Below are positions 8,689-17,585 of a stretch of DNA of 24,000 nucleotides, in pieces. The translations under genes and the position numbers were made by a program. How positions within the stretch are numbered: position 1 is the stretch's first letter; every line of letters starts with the position of its first letter. Source of the DNA: an uncultured Nitrososphaerota archaeon (lineage in GTDB: Archaea; Thermoproteota; Nitrososphaeria; Conexivisphaerales; DTJL01); contig CAVYVS010000021.1 in the NCBI GenBank assembly GCA_963772005.1, positions 102,469 to 126,468 of the forward strand. The letters run 5' to 3'. Under the pieces are notes generated by a model. The model saw only the letters and a list, made by a program, of their open reading frames with translations, did not search any database and was not told the origin of the DNA.

Positions 8689-9461
8689 TGAACGCAATTT
8701 CTCGTTTTGTCTCCAGCTCGCTCGCTGTTGCCGAGATGGAGGCAAGGAAGATTCGTCACGATTCGACAGAGCTGTGGACTAGGGTGGTCCAGCCGGCGCT
8801 CTGGCTGTTGGTGTTCGGCGAGGTGTTTACAGGCATCCGGGCCATCTCGACGGGTCCTTACTCCTACATCCAGTTCATAACACCTGGAGTCTTGGCACAG
8901 TCCGTCCTCTTCGTGGCCATATTCTACGGCATCACCGTGGTCTGGGAACGGGATGCTGGGCTGCTCCATAAACTCCTTTCAACCCCATCGCCAAGATCCT
9001 CGATAATAGTCGGCAAGACGCTCGCCGCCGGTGTGCGAGGCATCTTCCAGGCCATCATGATATTCGCCCTGGCCTTGATAATCGGCGTGAACCTCAGATT
9101 CGACGTACTGGACGTGATGGGCGTCTTCATCACGATAGTCGTATTTGCGATGTGCTTTTCCAGCCTCTCGATGATTCTGGCTTCGTACTTGAAGACACGC
9201 GACAGAATGATGGGAATTGGCCAGGCGATAACGATGCCCCTCTTCTTCGCCAGCAACGCCATCTATCCAATCTCCCTGATGCCGCCATGGTTGCAGGCCA
9301 TCTCGGTCTATAACCCGTTGAGTTATGGTGTGGACGCGGTCAGGGCCATGATTCTCACAGGCCAATACTCCAATCTGCCGGTGGATGCCGCTGTGCTCGG
9401 GGGCTTTACCATCCTGTTCTTGATCGTCGCTTCGATTTCAATACGTGGAATGGTGGAGTAG
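8688..9461 (+). CDS. ABC-2 type transporter permease
   Basis: Multi-spanning hydrophobic ORF (ALWLLVFGEVFTGIRAIST..., FITPGVLAQSVLFVAIFYGITVVWERDAGLLHKLLSTPS) starting within the stop of the ATPase gene. Confidence 0.92.
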   Translation: MNAISRFVSSSLAVAEMEARKIRHDSTELWTRVVQPALWLLVFGEVFTGIRAISTGPYSYIQFITPGVLAQSVLFVAIFYGITVVWERDAGLLHKLLSTPSPRSSIIVGKTLAAGVRGIFQAIMIFALALIIGVNLRFDVLDVMGVFITIVVFAMCFSSLSMILASYLKTRDRMMGIGQAITMPLFFASNAIYPISLMPPWLQAISVYNPLSYGVDAVRAMILTGQYSNLPVDAAVLGGFTILFLIVASISIRGMVE

Positions 9462-9557
9462 AAGTCCTGCGGCCCGGAGCAGGAACGCGTGCATTTCTAG
9501 AGCTGTCACCTGTCTATGATGAAATGAAACAGAAACTAAGCAGGGTGTTGTGGTCGA

Positions 9558-9866
9558 CTAACCGAAGAGGGCGGCTAGGCCTTCGAGGGCTTCCTCTTCC
9601 TTCTTCTCTTCCTTCTTTTCCTCTTTCTTCTCTTCCTTCTTGGCCGGAGCGGCAGCTGCAGCTGGAGCAGCCTGTTGCTGAGCCGGCATAGCCACCGCCG
9701 CCTTCAACGCCTCATCGATATTGATTTCGCCGAGGGCCGCGACGAGCGCCTTGACCTTGATTTCGTCAGGCTGAACGCCAGCGGCGGTAATGATCTTCTT
9801 AATGCTCTCTTCGTCCACTTTCTTTCCTAGTCGGTGAAGTATGAGAGCAGCGTAAACATACTCCAT
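9558..9866 (-). CDS. rpl12: Ribosomal protein L12/P1 (archaeal stalk protein)
   Basis: [57 protein letters not shown]... plus an Ala-rich hinge and charged tail [28 protein letters not shown]. Confidence 0.96.
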   Translation of the reverse strand: MEYVYAALILHRLGKKVDEESIKKIITAAGVQPDEIKVKALVAALGEINIDEALKAAVAMPAQQQAAPAAAAAPAKKEEKKEEKKEEKKEEEALEGLAALFG

Positions 9867-9930
9867 TTAATATCCCACGCCAGACAAGCACCTTTCTGAA
9901 GGTATTTAGACATTTCCTTTACTGTGGAGA

Positions 9931-9992
9931 CCCGAATGCGTCTTCAAATCGGGTCGAAAGGATGGGCGTTGCCGCCCTTGTCCTCATTTCGA
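9931..9992. promoter_or_regulatory. Two adjacent inverted-repeat hairpins in the L12 / iorA divergent intergenic region (function unknown)
   Basis: Hairpin 1: CCCGA (9931-9935) with TCGGG (9949-9953). Hairpin 2: TCGAAA-GGA-t-GGGCG-ttgc-CGCCC-ttg-TCC-tca-TTTCGA (9954-9992). Confidence 0.4.
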
Positions 9993-10129
9993 ATCGCCAA
10001 GCGAGCCAGCCGCATCTGCGGCGCTGAGATGATTGAAGCCTTCGTCATCGACAACGCCGAATGCAGAACTCTTTTATGCCGCTTAATCGCTAAGAGTTTG
10101 TGAATTAATGATGCCTGTTACCCAGGCAG

Positions 10130-12016
10130 ATGGGTGTGTTTTGTTTGGTTGATTCTTCACTCATCCTGCGCGGCATCAAGGACCAAAAGCTCCTCATCCT
10201 AGGGAACGAAGCCGTGGTGAGAGGTGGCCTCGAGGCCGGAATCTCGGTGTTCACTTCCTATCCGGGCACGCCAGCCTCAGAAATTCTTGATGTGGCTGCC
10301 GAGATTTCGAAAGAAGCAGGAATCGTTGCCGAGTACTCGATTAACGAAAAGGTAGCCATCGACACGGCGGCTGGCGCTGCCATGAACGGGCTGAGGGCCG
10401 TCACTTCAATGAAGCATGTAGGCCTGAACGTCGCTTCGGACACGTTCATGGCCCTCCCGTACTTCGCGCCCAAGTCCGCCCTCGTCATCGTCGTAGCTGA
10501 CGATCCCGAAGCATATAGCAGTCAGAACGAACAGGACACCCGCAACTACGGCTACTTTGCTAATGTTCCCACACTCGAGCCTTCCGATCCCCAAGAGGCC
10601 AAGGACTGCATAGCTAGGGCTGTCGAGATATCCGAGTCGCTCGAACTGCCCGTCCTTGTGAGGCTTGACATACGGGTGAGCCACGTAAGGGGACCTGTCG
10701 TTCTAAACGACCTGAAGGCCCCTCCGGCTAGGAAGGAGTTCGTCAAGGAGAGGGGCAGATATCTCGCCATCCCGCCCTACCCCGTCAGGGCCCATGCAGC
10801 CTTGCTCGAAAAGATGGAACGCTGTAAGCAGGAAAGTTCGTCTCCAGAATTCGTAAAGGTCATCGAGAGGGGCTCTGACACCGGCGTCATCTGCTCCGGT
10901 TCGGCAGCCACGCATGTCCTAGACGCCGACATCCCCGGACCGATGCGGCCTGACGTGATGAAGATGCTGATGGTCAACCCGCTGCCGGAGGCTGCCATCG
11001 TGAACTTCCTTTCGACTCACAGAAAGGTCTTGGTCGTTGAGGAGTTGGACCCCATCTTCGAGAACCGAATCAAGCAGCTCGCCTACGACAACGGTCTGAG
11101 GACTGTGATACTCGGCAAGGGAGCGGGGATTCCATCTGTGGGCGAGCTCATGCCTGCCGATGTGCGCCAGGCTATTTGCAACCTTGTGGGGATTTCGTCA
11201 CCTAGGAAGGTCAGTCGGCCTGGACCCTCGGGTCCAGCAAGGCCTCCGGTATTCTGCGCAGGATGCCCGCACCGAGCCTCAATGTATCTGATCAAGACGT
11301 TGGCAGGCAAGAATAGGGTGGTCGTGTCTGACATCGGCTGCTATGGGATGGGTAGCCTTTCGCCCACCGAGGTCGGCGACGTCCTCCTTGACATGGGGTT
11401 CAGCATCGGTGCTGCGGGGGGCTTTGCGATAGGGGCCAAGCTGAAACCGCTCGCTGTGATCGGAGACTCCACATTCCTCCACGCAGGCATACCAGCCCTC
11501 ATAAACGCGGTCTGGAACAGGCACGACCTGGCGCTGATAATCCTCGACAACTACATAACCGCCATGACTGGGCTGCAGCCCAATCCATCCAGCGGCCTTG
11601 ATTCGCAGTTACAAAGCACGGACAGGATCGCCATCGAGGAACTGGTGAAGGCCTGCGGGGTCAAGAGTCTCAGGATTGTAGACCCAATGAAGGTCAAGGA
11701 GTCAAAGAAGGAGATCCGCGAGATGCTAGACGAAAAGGGCGTCTCCGTGATGATACTCAGGCAACCATGCGCCCTCCTGACCAGCCGGCAGCTGAAAGCC
11801 GCAGGCCAGAAGGCCGCTGCCTACGAAGTCGTGGCCGAGAACTGCAACAACTGCAACGCCTGCCTGGTGCTCGCCAGCTGCCCTGCCCTCGTTCCTGCAG
11901 ATTCCGGAAAGGACGGGGTTGCTGGGAGGGTCTCCATCGACCCGACTTCTTGCACGGGATGCGGCTTTTGCGCGGAGATATGTCCCTACGACGCAATCAT
12001 ACAGGGAGGAGAGTAG
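10130..12016 (+). CDS. iorA: Indolepyruvate ferredoxin oxidoreductase, alpha subunit
   Basis: LLILGNEAVVRGGLEAGISVFTSYPGTPASEI..., thiamine-PP region FCAGCPHRAS...VVSDIGCYGMG, C-terminal 4Fe-4S cluster motifs CNNCNACLVLASCP and CTGCGFCAEICPYDAI. Confidence 0.95.
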   Translation: MGVFCLVDSSLILRGIKDQKLLILGNEAVVRGGLEAGISVFTSYPGTPASEILDVAAEISKEAGIVAEYSINEKVAIDTAAGAAMNGLRAVTSMKHVGLNVASDTFMALPYFAPKSALVIVVADDPEAYSSQNEQDTRNYGYFANVPTLEPSDPQEAKDCIARAVEISESLELPVLVRLDIRVSHVRGPVVLNDLKAPPARKEFVKERGRYLAIPPYPVRAHAALLEKMERCKQESSSPEFVKVIERGSDTGVICSGSAATHVLDADIPGPMRPDVMKMLMVNPLPEAAIVNFLSTHRKVLVVEELDPIFENRIKQLAYDNGLRTVILGKGAGIPSVGELMPADVRQAICNLVGISSPRKVSRPGPSGPARPPVFCAGCPHRASMYLIKTLAGKNRVVVSDIGCYGMGSLSPTEVGDVLLDMGFSIGAAGGFAIGAKLKPLAVIGDSTFLHAGIPALINAVWNRHDLALIILDNYITAMTGLQPNPSSGLDSQLQSTDRIAIEELVKACGVKSLRIVDPMKVKESKKEIREMLDEKGVSVMILRQPCALLTSRQLKAAGQKAAAYEVVAENCNNCNACLVLASCPALVPADSGKDGVAGRVSIDPTSCTGCGFCAEICPYDAIIQGGE

Positions 12017-12019
12017 CTG

Positions 12020-12658
12020 TTGGACAAGCCCATCTCGGTGGTCGTGTCGGGAGTCGGCGGTCAGGGAGTCCTCCTGGCCTCTGAAATCCTGGGCAACGCG
12101 GCGATGATCTCCGGGCTTGACGTCAGGGTCACCGAAACCCATGGCCTCAGTCAGAGGGGGGGCTCGCTCGTTTCCTTCGTCCGAATCGGCAGGGAAGTGC
12201 ACTCTCCTCTCGTGGACCAAGAAGGGGCGGACTACATCATCTCGATGGAGCTTCTCGAGGCCCTGAAGTCATCCACGTATTCCAACGACAAGACCGTATG
12301 CATAGTCAGTACGCTCCAGATTCCACCGGTGACCGTGCTCAGCGGCAAGGCAAAATACCCACCTTCAAAGGAAATCATGTCCTCAGTGTCGGCCGTCTGC
12401 AAGAAAGCCTACTTCGTGGACGCCGCAGGAATGGCTTCGATGGCCGGGAAGAGCCTTTACCAAAACGCCGTGCTCTTAGGTTTCTTTTCCGGGGTGACGG
12501 AGGGGTTGTTGGAAAGGAAGGACTATGAGAAAGCGTTAGAGATTCTCGTTCCCCCCAAATCCTTCGCTTCGAACGTCAGGGCGTTTGATTTGGGACATCA
12601 GGCCTTCCTAAGCGCCCGAACTGAAGCGCTCCCAGAGCAGTCCAGCCAAACACTTTAA
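12020..12658 (+). CDS. iorB: Indolepyruvate ferredoxin oxidoreductase, beta subunit
   Basis: MDKPISVVVSGVGGQGVLLASEILGNAAMISGLDVRVTETHGLSQRGGSLVSFVRIG, typical gamma/beta subunit GVGGQG and SQRGG motifs; TTG start 3 nt after the iorA stop. Confidence 0.93.
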   Translation: MDKPISVVVSGVGGQGVLLASEILGNAAMISGLDVRVTETHGLSQRGGSLVSFVRIGREVHSPLVDQEGADYIISMELLEALKSSTYSNDKTVCIVSTLQIPPVTVLSGKAKYPPSKEIMSSVSAVCKKAYFVDAAGMASMAGKSLYQNAVLLGFFSGVTEGLLERKDYEKALEILVPPKSFASNVRAFDLGHQAFLSARTEALPEQSSQTL

Positions 12659-12682
12659 TGGAGAAATTCCTCACGTGCCATC

Positions 12683-13711
12683 GTGCGGCCTAACGTCCTG
12701 CTGACTTACAGATTGCCCGCTGCAGGGCTGAGCAGGCTGGCCGCCGCGCTAGGCGAGACCCCGGCGGTTCCCGAACATGCCCCTAGGATGAAAAGGTCGG
12801 AGCTCCTTGAAAAGATCGCAGATGCCGACGCCCTTCTTTGCTCTCCACATACCAGGGTCGATTCCGAGCTTCTGGCCCAGGCCAGAAGACTCCGCGTCGT
12901 TTCGACCTACAGTGTGGGGTTCGATCACATCGACGTGGCTGAAGCCACGCGACTAGGGATTTATGTGACCCATACGCCGGGCGTCTTATCCGGAGCGGTG
13001 GCCGACATCGCTTGGGGGCTCCTCCTAGCCACCTCGAGACACATCGTCACCGGGGATCGGTTTGTCCGGGAACGCCTTTGGAAATCCGAGAGCGACCTCG
13101 GCTTCATGATTGGTCACGATTTCCAAGGAATGACCTTGGGGGTAGTCGGATTTGGACGGATTGGAGTCGAGGTCGCAAGGCGAGGGAAAGGCTTCGGCAT
13201 GAGGATACTCTACTACAGCAGAGCAAGGAAGCCTCCCATGGAAACTGAGTTGGGGGCAGAGCGCGCAGACCTTCCTAAATTGTTGAATGAGGCCGACTAC
13301 ATCTCTATCAACCTCCCCCTCACACGCGAGACTCGTCACATGATCGGCAAGAGGGAGCTTTCAATGATGAAGAAGACGGCGATACTGGTCAACACCAGCA
13401 GGGGAGCCATCATCGACGAAACGGCCCTCGCCGCAACCCTAAAGGCAGGAAAGATTGCCGGTGCAGGCCTCGACGTCTTCGAAATAGAGCCTCTCCCTCA
13501 AGATTCTCCGCTCCTAGGGTTGGACAACGTCGTGCTCCTCCCACACGTAGCGAGTGCCACGGTGGAGACTCGAGACAAGATGGCAATCCTGGCCGCTCAG
13601 AACATCATAGACGTGCTGGGCGGGAGGTTGCCGCAGGCCCTCCTCAATGGCGATGTCGTCAAGGTCAGGCCGTTGTCCGCGGTCAAGATGATTCCTGAGC
13701 GGGCGACATAA
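12683..13711 (+). CDS. D-isomer specific 2-hydroxyacid dehydrogenase (glyoxylate/hydroxypyruvate reductase-like)
   Basis: STYSVGFDHIDVAEATRLGIYVTHTPGVLSGAVADIA, Rossmann LGVVGFGRIG, NTSRGAIIDE, GAGLDVFEIEPLP, NVVLLPHVAS. A TATA-like CTTTAATG lies about 25-30 nt upstream of the GTG start. Confidence 0.93.
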   Translation: MRPNVLLTYRLPAAGLSRLAAALGETPAVPEHAPRMKRSELLEKIADADALLCSPHTRVDSELLAQARRLRVVSTYSVGFDHIDVAEATRLGIYVTHTPGVLSGAVADIAWGLLLATSRHIVTGDRFVRERLWKSESDLGFMIGHDFQGMTLGVVGFGRIGVEVARRGKGFGMRILYYSRARKPPMETELGAERADLPKLLNEADYISINLPLTRETRHMIGKRELSMMKKTAILVNTSRGAIIDETALAATLKAGKIAGAGLDVFEIEPLPQDSPLLGLDNVVLLPHVASATVETRDKMAILAAQNIIDVLGGRLPQALLNGDVVKVRPLSAVKMIPERAT

Positions 13712-13729
13712 CTTCCAGTGACGAACGGT

Positions 13730-14043
13730 GGCGAGGATGTTTCCTGGCCATAGCCCTCCTTCTGTTTTAGGCGGGATTCAGCTGAGAGGTCTACCCGGGC
13801 TTACAGCAGTGAGCCTGTCATCAGCCCCATTTGACCTTGCTCCACGCGGGGTGGCCGTTTCATCCCTCATCCAAGAGTCCTCCAGCATTCCTGCCTTCAT
13901 CGCGTTCCTGGCGCGGGTGTCGTTTCTGTTCCAGAGCCAGCGGTCTCCCGCTGCGTTTCTCAACGCCGCGTCTCCTGCACGGAGGGAGGAGCTTCCTCAG
14001 GGCTGTTCGCCCCGAACCTGCCCACCAGCTCACATCCTCGGCC
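13730..14043 (-). ncRNA. rnpB: RNase P RNA (archaeal type A-like)
   Basis: On the minus strand: P4 5' side TGAGGAAGCTCCTCCC, ACAGAAACGACACCCGC, GGATGAAACGGCCACCCCG, GTGGAGCAAGGTCAAATGGGG, CCCGGGTAGACCTCTCA, 3' conserved ACAGAAGGAGGGCTAT (P4 3' side). P1 ends pair: GGCcGAGGATGT (14043-14032) with ACATCCTCGCC (13740-13730). Confidence 0.93.
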
Positions 14044-14064
14044 TAGCTCCCGATGGTTCGTGCG

Positions 14065-14078
14065 ATTTAAACCTTAAA
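14065..14078 (-). promoter_or_regulatory. Putative TATA box for RNase P RNA
   Basis: Minus strand TTAAGGTTTAAATC centred about 25 nt upstream of the predicted RNA 5' end at about 14043. Confidence 0.5.
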
Positions 14079-14616
14079 TCACAAAGCCCAATTCGTGCAT
14101 GAACGACCGTTGAGCCTCTACGACGGCTTTGCTCGAATCGGCCTTACTGTATGCCTCAAGATACCTGAGGTTGAGCTCGAAAAAGGAGTGACCCCACCTG
14201 AATGAGTTCATTATCTCTTTGGCTTGGTCACTAAGGCCGAGGATGAACAGGGCTGAGGCAAAAGCCTCGGCGGTCGAAAGGTTGACGGGGATTCCGTAGT
14301 TGGTCGGGTTCGCCGCGACCAGGTACGGCAGAGCCCTCCGCCGGCTACGACTCCAGCCAACTCCCCTAAAGGACTCCACGGCCTTCTTCCAACTGGCATC
14401 GATGGCCGCGAGCCCTTCTGAGAGGACCAACTCTTTGTCAGATTTGGATATTGAAGTGTCGGAATACGGGTCGAGGAGGAGGCCCCGGCGACGGTGAGGC
14501 GGGAGATAGGTTACAAACCCCAACCGCCGAAGCTTCGAAGCCGTGCACTTGGTCGGGTCATCCTGCCGAAGGTGGAGCACGAACAGTTTGGCTTTTGTAC
14601 GCTTTTCATCGCTCAT
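14074..14616 (-). CDS. tsr3: Tsr3-family 16S/18S rRNA aminocarboxypropyltransferase (DUF367-type)
   Basis: MSDEKRTKAKLFVLHLRQDDPTKCTASKLRRLGF...LVLSEGLAAIDASWKKA...RRRALPYLVAANPTNYGIPVNLSTAEAFASALFILG. The inner ATG at 14616 is preferred because a TATA-like TTTTAA lies about 25 nt upstream of it; the track start is 14637. Confidence 0.88.
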   Translation of the reverse strand: MSDEKRTKAKLFVLHLRQDDPTKCTASKLRRLGFVTYLPPHRRRGLLLDPYSDTSISKSDKELVLSEGLAAIDASWKKAVESFRGVGWSRSRRRALPYLVAANPTNYGIPVNLSTAEAFASALFILGLSDQAKEIMNSFRWGHSFFELNLRYLEAYSKADSSKAVVEAQRSFMHELGFVI

Positions 14617-14678
14617 TTTTCTTGGCGTTTCTCCCAAATGCTTAAAATCAGCTTCTATTAATGTGTAGGCTGATAAGA

Positions 14679-14912
14679 TTGCCGAAGGCTTTCGTTCTAA
14701 TCAACGCCGATCTAGGCGCCGAGGAGGAATTGGTGGCTGAACTAAAGAAGATCACGAACGTAACAGAGGTCTACGTAGTGTACGGCGTATACGACTTGAT
14801 TTCGAAGGTCGAAGCAGATACCATGGAGAAGGTCAAGGAAACGATAACCTGGCACATCAGGCGCCTTGAGAAGGTCCGCTCCACCCTAACCATGATAGTA
14901 GTGGAAGAGTAG
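14679..14912 (+). CDS. Stand-alone AsnC/Lrp ligand-binding (RAM) domain protein
   Basis: (M)PKAFVLINADLGAEEELVAELKKITNVTEVYVVYGVYDLISKVEADTMEKVKETITWHIRRLEKVRSTLTMIVVEE*. No HTH domain. TTG start at 14679 proposed; the track starts at 14661. Confidence 0.85.
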   Translation: MPKAFVLINADLGAEEELVAELKKITNVTEVYVVYGVYDLISKVEADTMEKVKETITWHIRRLEKVRSTLTMIVVEE

Positions 14913-14963
14913 CTCACTCGGGACGCCGGTCAGCGATTCATATCTTCCGCAACAGGGATTCTC

Positions 14964-16139
14964 TCACCGAGTAGACTTGAGGGCCCTGGCGAGGTCCTCT
15001 GCTATAACCGAGTAATCCTCCACCCCAACTGACACTCTTATCATCGAATCCGTTATGCCCAGCTTTCTCCGCTGCTTCTCCGGCATCTTCCTGTGCGACG
15101 TCTTCGCTGGGTGGGAAATCGTGGTCTTCACTCCTCCAAGAGATGGCGTCAAGGTCACCCGTTTGAGAGCTTTGACGAACGAATCCGCCTTGGCCAGCCC
15201 ACCCTTCAGCTTGAAGGACAGCATTGCACCATACATTTCGCTGTCGAATAGTCTCTTCGCGATGACGTGCTGTGGGTGTGACTCCAGCCCTGGGTAGAAG
15301 ACCTCTTCCACTTCTCTCCTCCCCTCGAGGAACTCCGCCAACCGCATGGCATTCCTGCAGCCCTCGACAGTCCTAATCCTCCATGTTTCGATGCTCCTGC
15401 TTGCCAGCCACGAGTCAAATGGACCGGCAATGGCGCCGACGGTCACGTTGAACTGGAACGCCCTTTCCATTATCTTCGACCCTCCACAGACGATGCCGAT
15501 CGTCAGGTCTTGATGCCCTCCGAGGGATTTCGTTCCGCTATGCATCACAATATGTGCTCCGCTCTCCAGGGGCCTTACGACAAACGGGGTTGCGAAGGTG
15601 TTGTCCACGATTAGGGTCGTACCGGTTCTATTGGCGGCCGTTGCGAGCGCTTTGACGTCACACACCTTCATCGTTGGATTCGAGATGGTCTCAACCAAGG
15701 CAATCTTCGCCTTCCTCCTGTTCATTTCGTTCTCGAAGCTGGAAGCACCAGCAGGGTCACAGAACGTTGTCGTGATTCCGAACCTAGGGAGCTCCTTCTG
15801 GAGCATGACCAGGGTCCCTCCGTACAGGTCGGGGGAAGCAACTATCTGATCGCCCTGACCACATGACGAAGCGATCGCTACGAACAGCGCCGCCATTCCG
15901 GAGGAGCAAGCCACGCCTTTCTTGGCGTTCTCCAGTTTCGCAACCTTCTCCGCGAGCTCGTCGGAGTTTGGGAGGCCGTATCTGCTGTAGAAGTAGCTGC
16001 CTGGGGCCCTTCCTTCATAGTAATCGTCAATGCTCTTGAGATCTGGAAAATTGTACACTGAGGTCTGAACGATGGGGGGCGAGGCTGGCACTGCTCTGGG
16101 CAGCGCCTCCCTCTTTGCATCCTTCTTCTGATGGGCCAT
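14964..16139 (-). CDS. Cys/Met metabolism PLP-dependent enzyme (cystathionine gamma-synthase / methionine gamma-lyase / O-acylhomoserine sulfhydrylase family)
   Basis: PPIVQTSVYNFPD..., SRYGLPNSDELAEKVAKLENAKKGVACSSGMAAL, ETISNPTMKVCD, VDNTFATPFVVRPLESGAHIVMHSGTKSLGGH (PLP lysine), SLGGVKTTISHPAKTSH. The track starts at 16220, but ATG 16139 follows a TATA-like CTTTATTAG at about 16164-16172. Confidence 0.93.
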   Translation of the reverse strand: MAHQKKDAKREALPRAVPASPPIVQTSVYNFPDLKSIDDYYEGRAPGSYFYSRYGLPNSDELAEKVAKLENAKKGVACSSGMAALFVAIASSCGQGDQIVASPDLYGGTLVMLQKELPRFGITTTFCDPAGASSFENEMNRRKAKIALVETISNPTMKVCDVKALATAANRTGTTLIVDNTFATPFVVRPLESGAHIVMHSGTKSLGGHQDLTIGIVCGGSKIMERAFQFNVTVGAIAGPFDSWLASRSIETWRIRTVEGCRNAMRLAEFLEGRREVEEVFYPGLESHPQHVIAKRLFDSEMYGAMLSFKLKGGLAKADSFVKALKRVTLTPSLGGVKTTISHPAKTSHRKMPEKQRRKLGITDSMIRVSVGVEDYSVIAEDLARALKSTR

Positions 16140-16225
16140 CCTTCCATTTCGGGGCGCACGTTCTAATAAAGTGACTTCAGGGTCGAAGATACGCTCAAAT
16201 AACGATGTGAACGGATTCATCCATT

Positions 16226-17524
16226 GTGAATGGCACTCCCCCGCCGCTCCTCCATGTGGGGTTGGATGACACCGACTCCTCCGAAGGAATGTGCACCACC
16301 TACCTGGCGGCGGTGTTGATGGATGAGATAAGTGAGAGGTTCGGGCTGGAAGTGGAGGGCTTCCCCCGGCTCATTCGCCTTAATCCCAACTGCCCTTATA
16401 AGACCAGGGGGAACGCAGCCCTCTCCTTCAAGTTCCGGGCGCCTCCTGTCACCCTGCCTGCGATCAAAGAGCTGGTCTTGAGGCGGGTGGGGGAGATGGC
16501 CATGCTCGATGACGAGGGGACGGAGTCGGGTGTCGCCTTCCTTTCGGGGGAGAAGGTGCCTGCCCTGCTGGGCCGGTTTTCGTCCAGAGTGGTCAAAGAG
16601 ATGGTTACCATCGACGATGCCGACGAAGTGGCCCGCCTCCTCCACATCGAAGTCCACAAGTTCAAGTCCGGCAGGGGGATAATCGGCGCCCTGGCAGCGA
16701 TAGGGAATCGGTTGGAGTACGGCAGGACCTATGAGCTCATAGCATACCGCACCCCCGAATTCGTTGGGACCAGGAGGGAGATGGATAGGGGTTCAATCGG
16801 AGCCATGAACGAGGCCACCTATCCCTTCACCTTCGACAATCTGGACACAAACACGGGCGAGGTCAGGATAATGCCGCACACTCCCTGTCCCGTGTACTTC
16901 GGCATCAGGGCGTTCAAGCCACACTATCTCCACCGCGCCCTCGAAATGGTCAGACCTCTCCAACCAGTCGAACGCTTCCGAATCTACGAAACCAACCAGG
17001 CCACCGATGCCCACATATCGGAGGCGGTCGCCGGAAAGGTTCGACCTCTTACCTCCGTCAAGGTGTCCGGAACGGTCTCTTCCACACCTAAGACAATACG
17101 AGGCGGGCACCTGATATTCAGGATCGAAGATGAAACAGGATCTGTGGACTGCGCAATCTATGAACCCACGCGGGGGTTCAGGGACGTCGGAAGGGCCTTG
17201 ATCTGCGGAGATACGGTCCGTGTTTACGGTGGCGTGAAGAAGAAACCCGCATCGCCTCTGACAATCAACGTCGAGAAGATGGAGGTGCTGTCCTTGGCCC
17301 CCTTGACCATAAGGAAGAACCCCGCATGTCCGAAGTGCGGGAGGACCATGAAGTCTGAGGGAAAGGGAAAGGGGTACCAATGCTCAGCTTGCAAGTTCAA
17401 GTCAACAGGCCTCCTGCCGACGGAGGTTCAGGTGCAGAGGGCAGTATCCATAGGGTTGTATGCAGCACCTCCTCGAGCAAGACGGCACCTTAGCAAGCCA
17501 GTCACCACACCCTACGAAATCTGA
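16226..17524 (+). CDS. tiaS: tRNA(Ile2) 2-agmatinylcytidine synthetase TiaS
   Basis: LLHVGLDDTDSSEGMCTTYLAAVLMDEI..., NPNCPYKTRGNAAL, OB-fold region VKVSGTVSSTPKTIRGGHLIFRIEDETGSVDCAIYEPT, Zn ribbon CPKCGRTMKSEGKGKGYQCSACKF. Confidence 0.95.
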   Translation: MNGTPPPLLHVGLDDTDSSEGMCTTYLAAVLMDEISERFGLEVEGFPRLIRLNPNCPYKTRGNAALSFKFRAPPVTLPAIKELVLRRVGEMAMLDDEGTESGVAFLSGEKVPALLGRFSSRVVKEMVTIDDADEVARLLHIEVHKFKSGRGIIGALAAIGNRLEYGRTYELIAYRTPEFVGTRREMDRGSIGAMNEATYPFTFDNLDTNTGEVRIMPHTPCPVYFGIRAFKPHYLHRALEMVRPLQPVERFRIYETNQATDAHISEAVAGKVRPLTSVKVSGTVSSTPKTIRGGHLIFRIEDETGSVDCAIYEPTRGFRDVGRALICGDTVRVYGGVKKKPASPLTINVEKMEVLSLAPLTIRKNPACPKCGRTMKSEGKGKGYQCSACKFKSTGLLPTEVQVQRAVSIGLYAAPPRARRHLSKPVTTPYEI

Positions 17525-17541
17525 ACGAGTGGCCACACAAA

Positions 17542-17550
17542 ACTTTAATA
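17542..17550 (+). promoter_or_regulatory. Putative TATA element for the initiator tRNA
   Basis: ACTTTAATA about 40 nt upstream of the mature tRNA 5' end. Confidence 0.45.
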
Positions 17551-17585
17551 CAGAACTGGCGGCAAGGCTTTTGCCGAGCTTTCGT

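Noticed and set aside
9558-9650. Repetitive (EEKK)n-encoding tract in L12
   Set aside because: Normal charged hinge/tail composition of archaeal P1/L12 proteins.
9954-10050. Possible C/D-box sRNA (TGATGA/CTGA-like strings such as gctgagatgattg and tatgatgaaatg near 9515)
   Set aside because: No properly spaced complete set of C, D', C' and D boxes in either place.
13728-14102. 124-aa plus-strand ORF and several overlapping short ORFs
   Set aside because: They overlap the RNase P RNA; no recognisable protein features.
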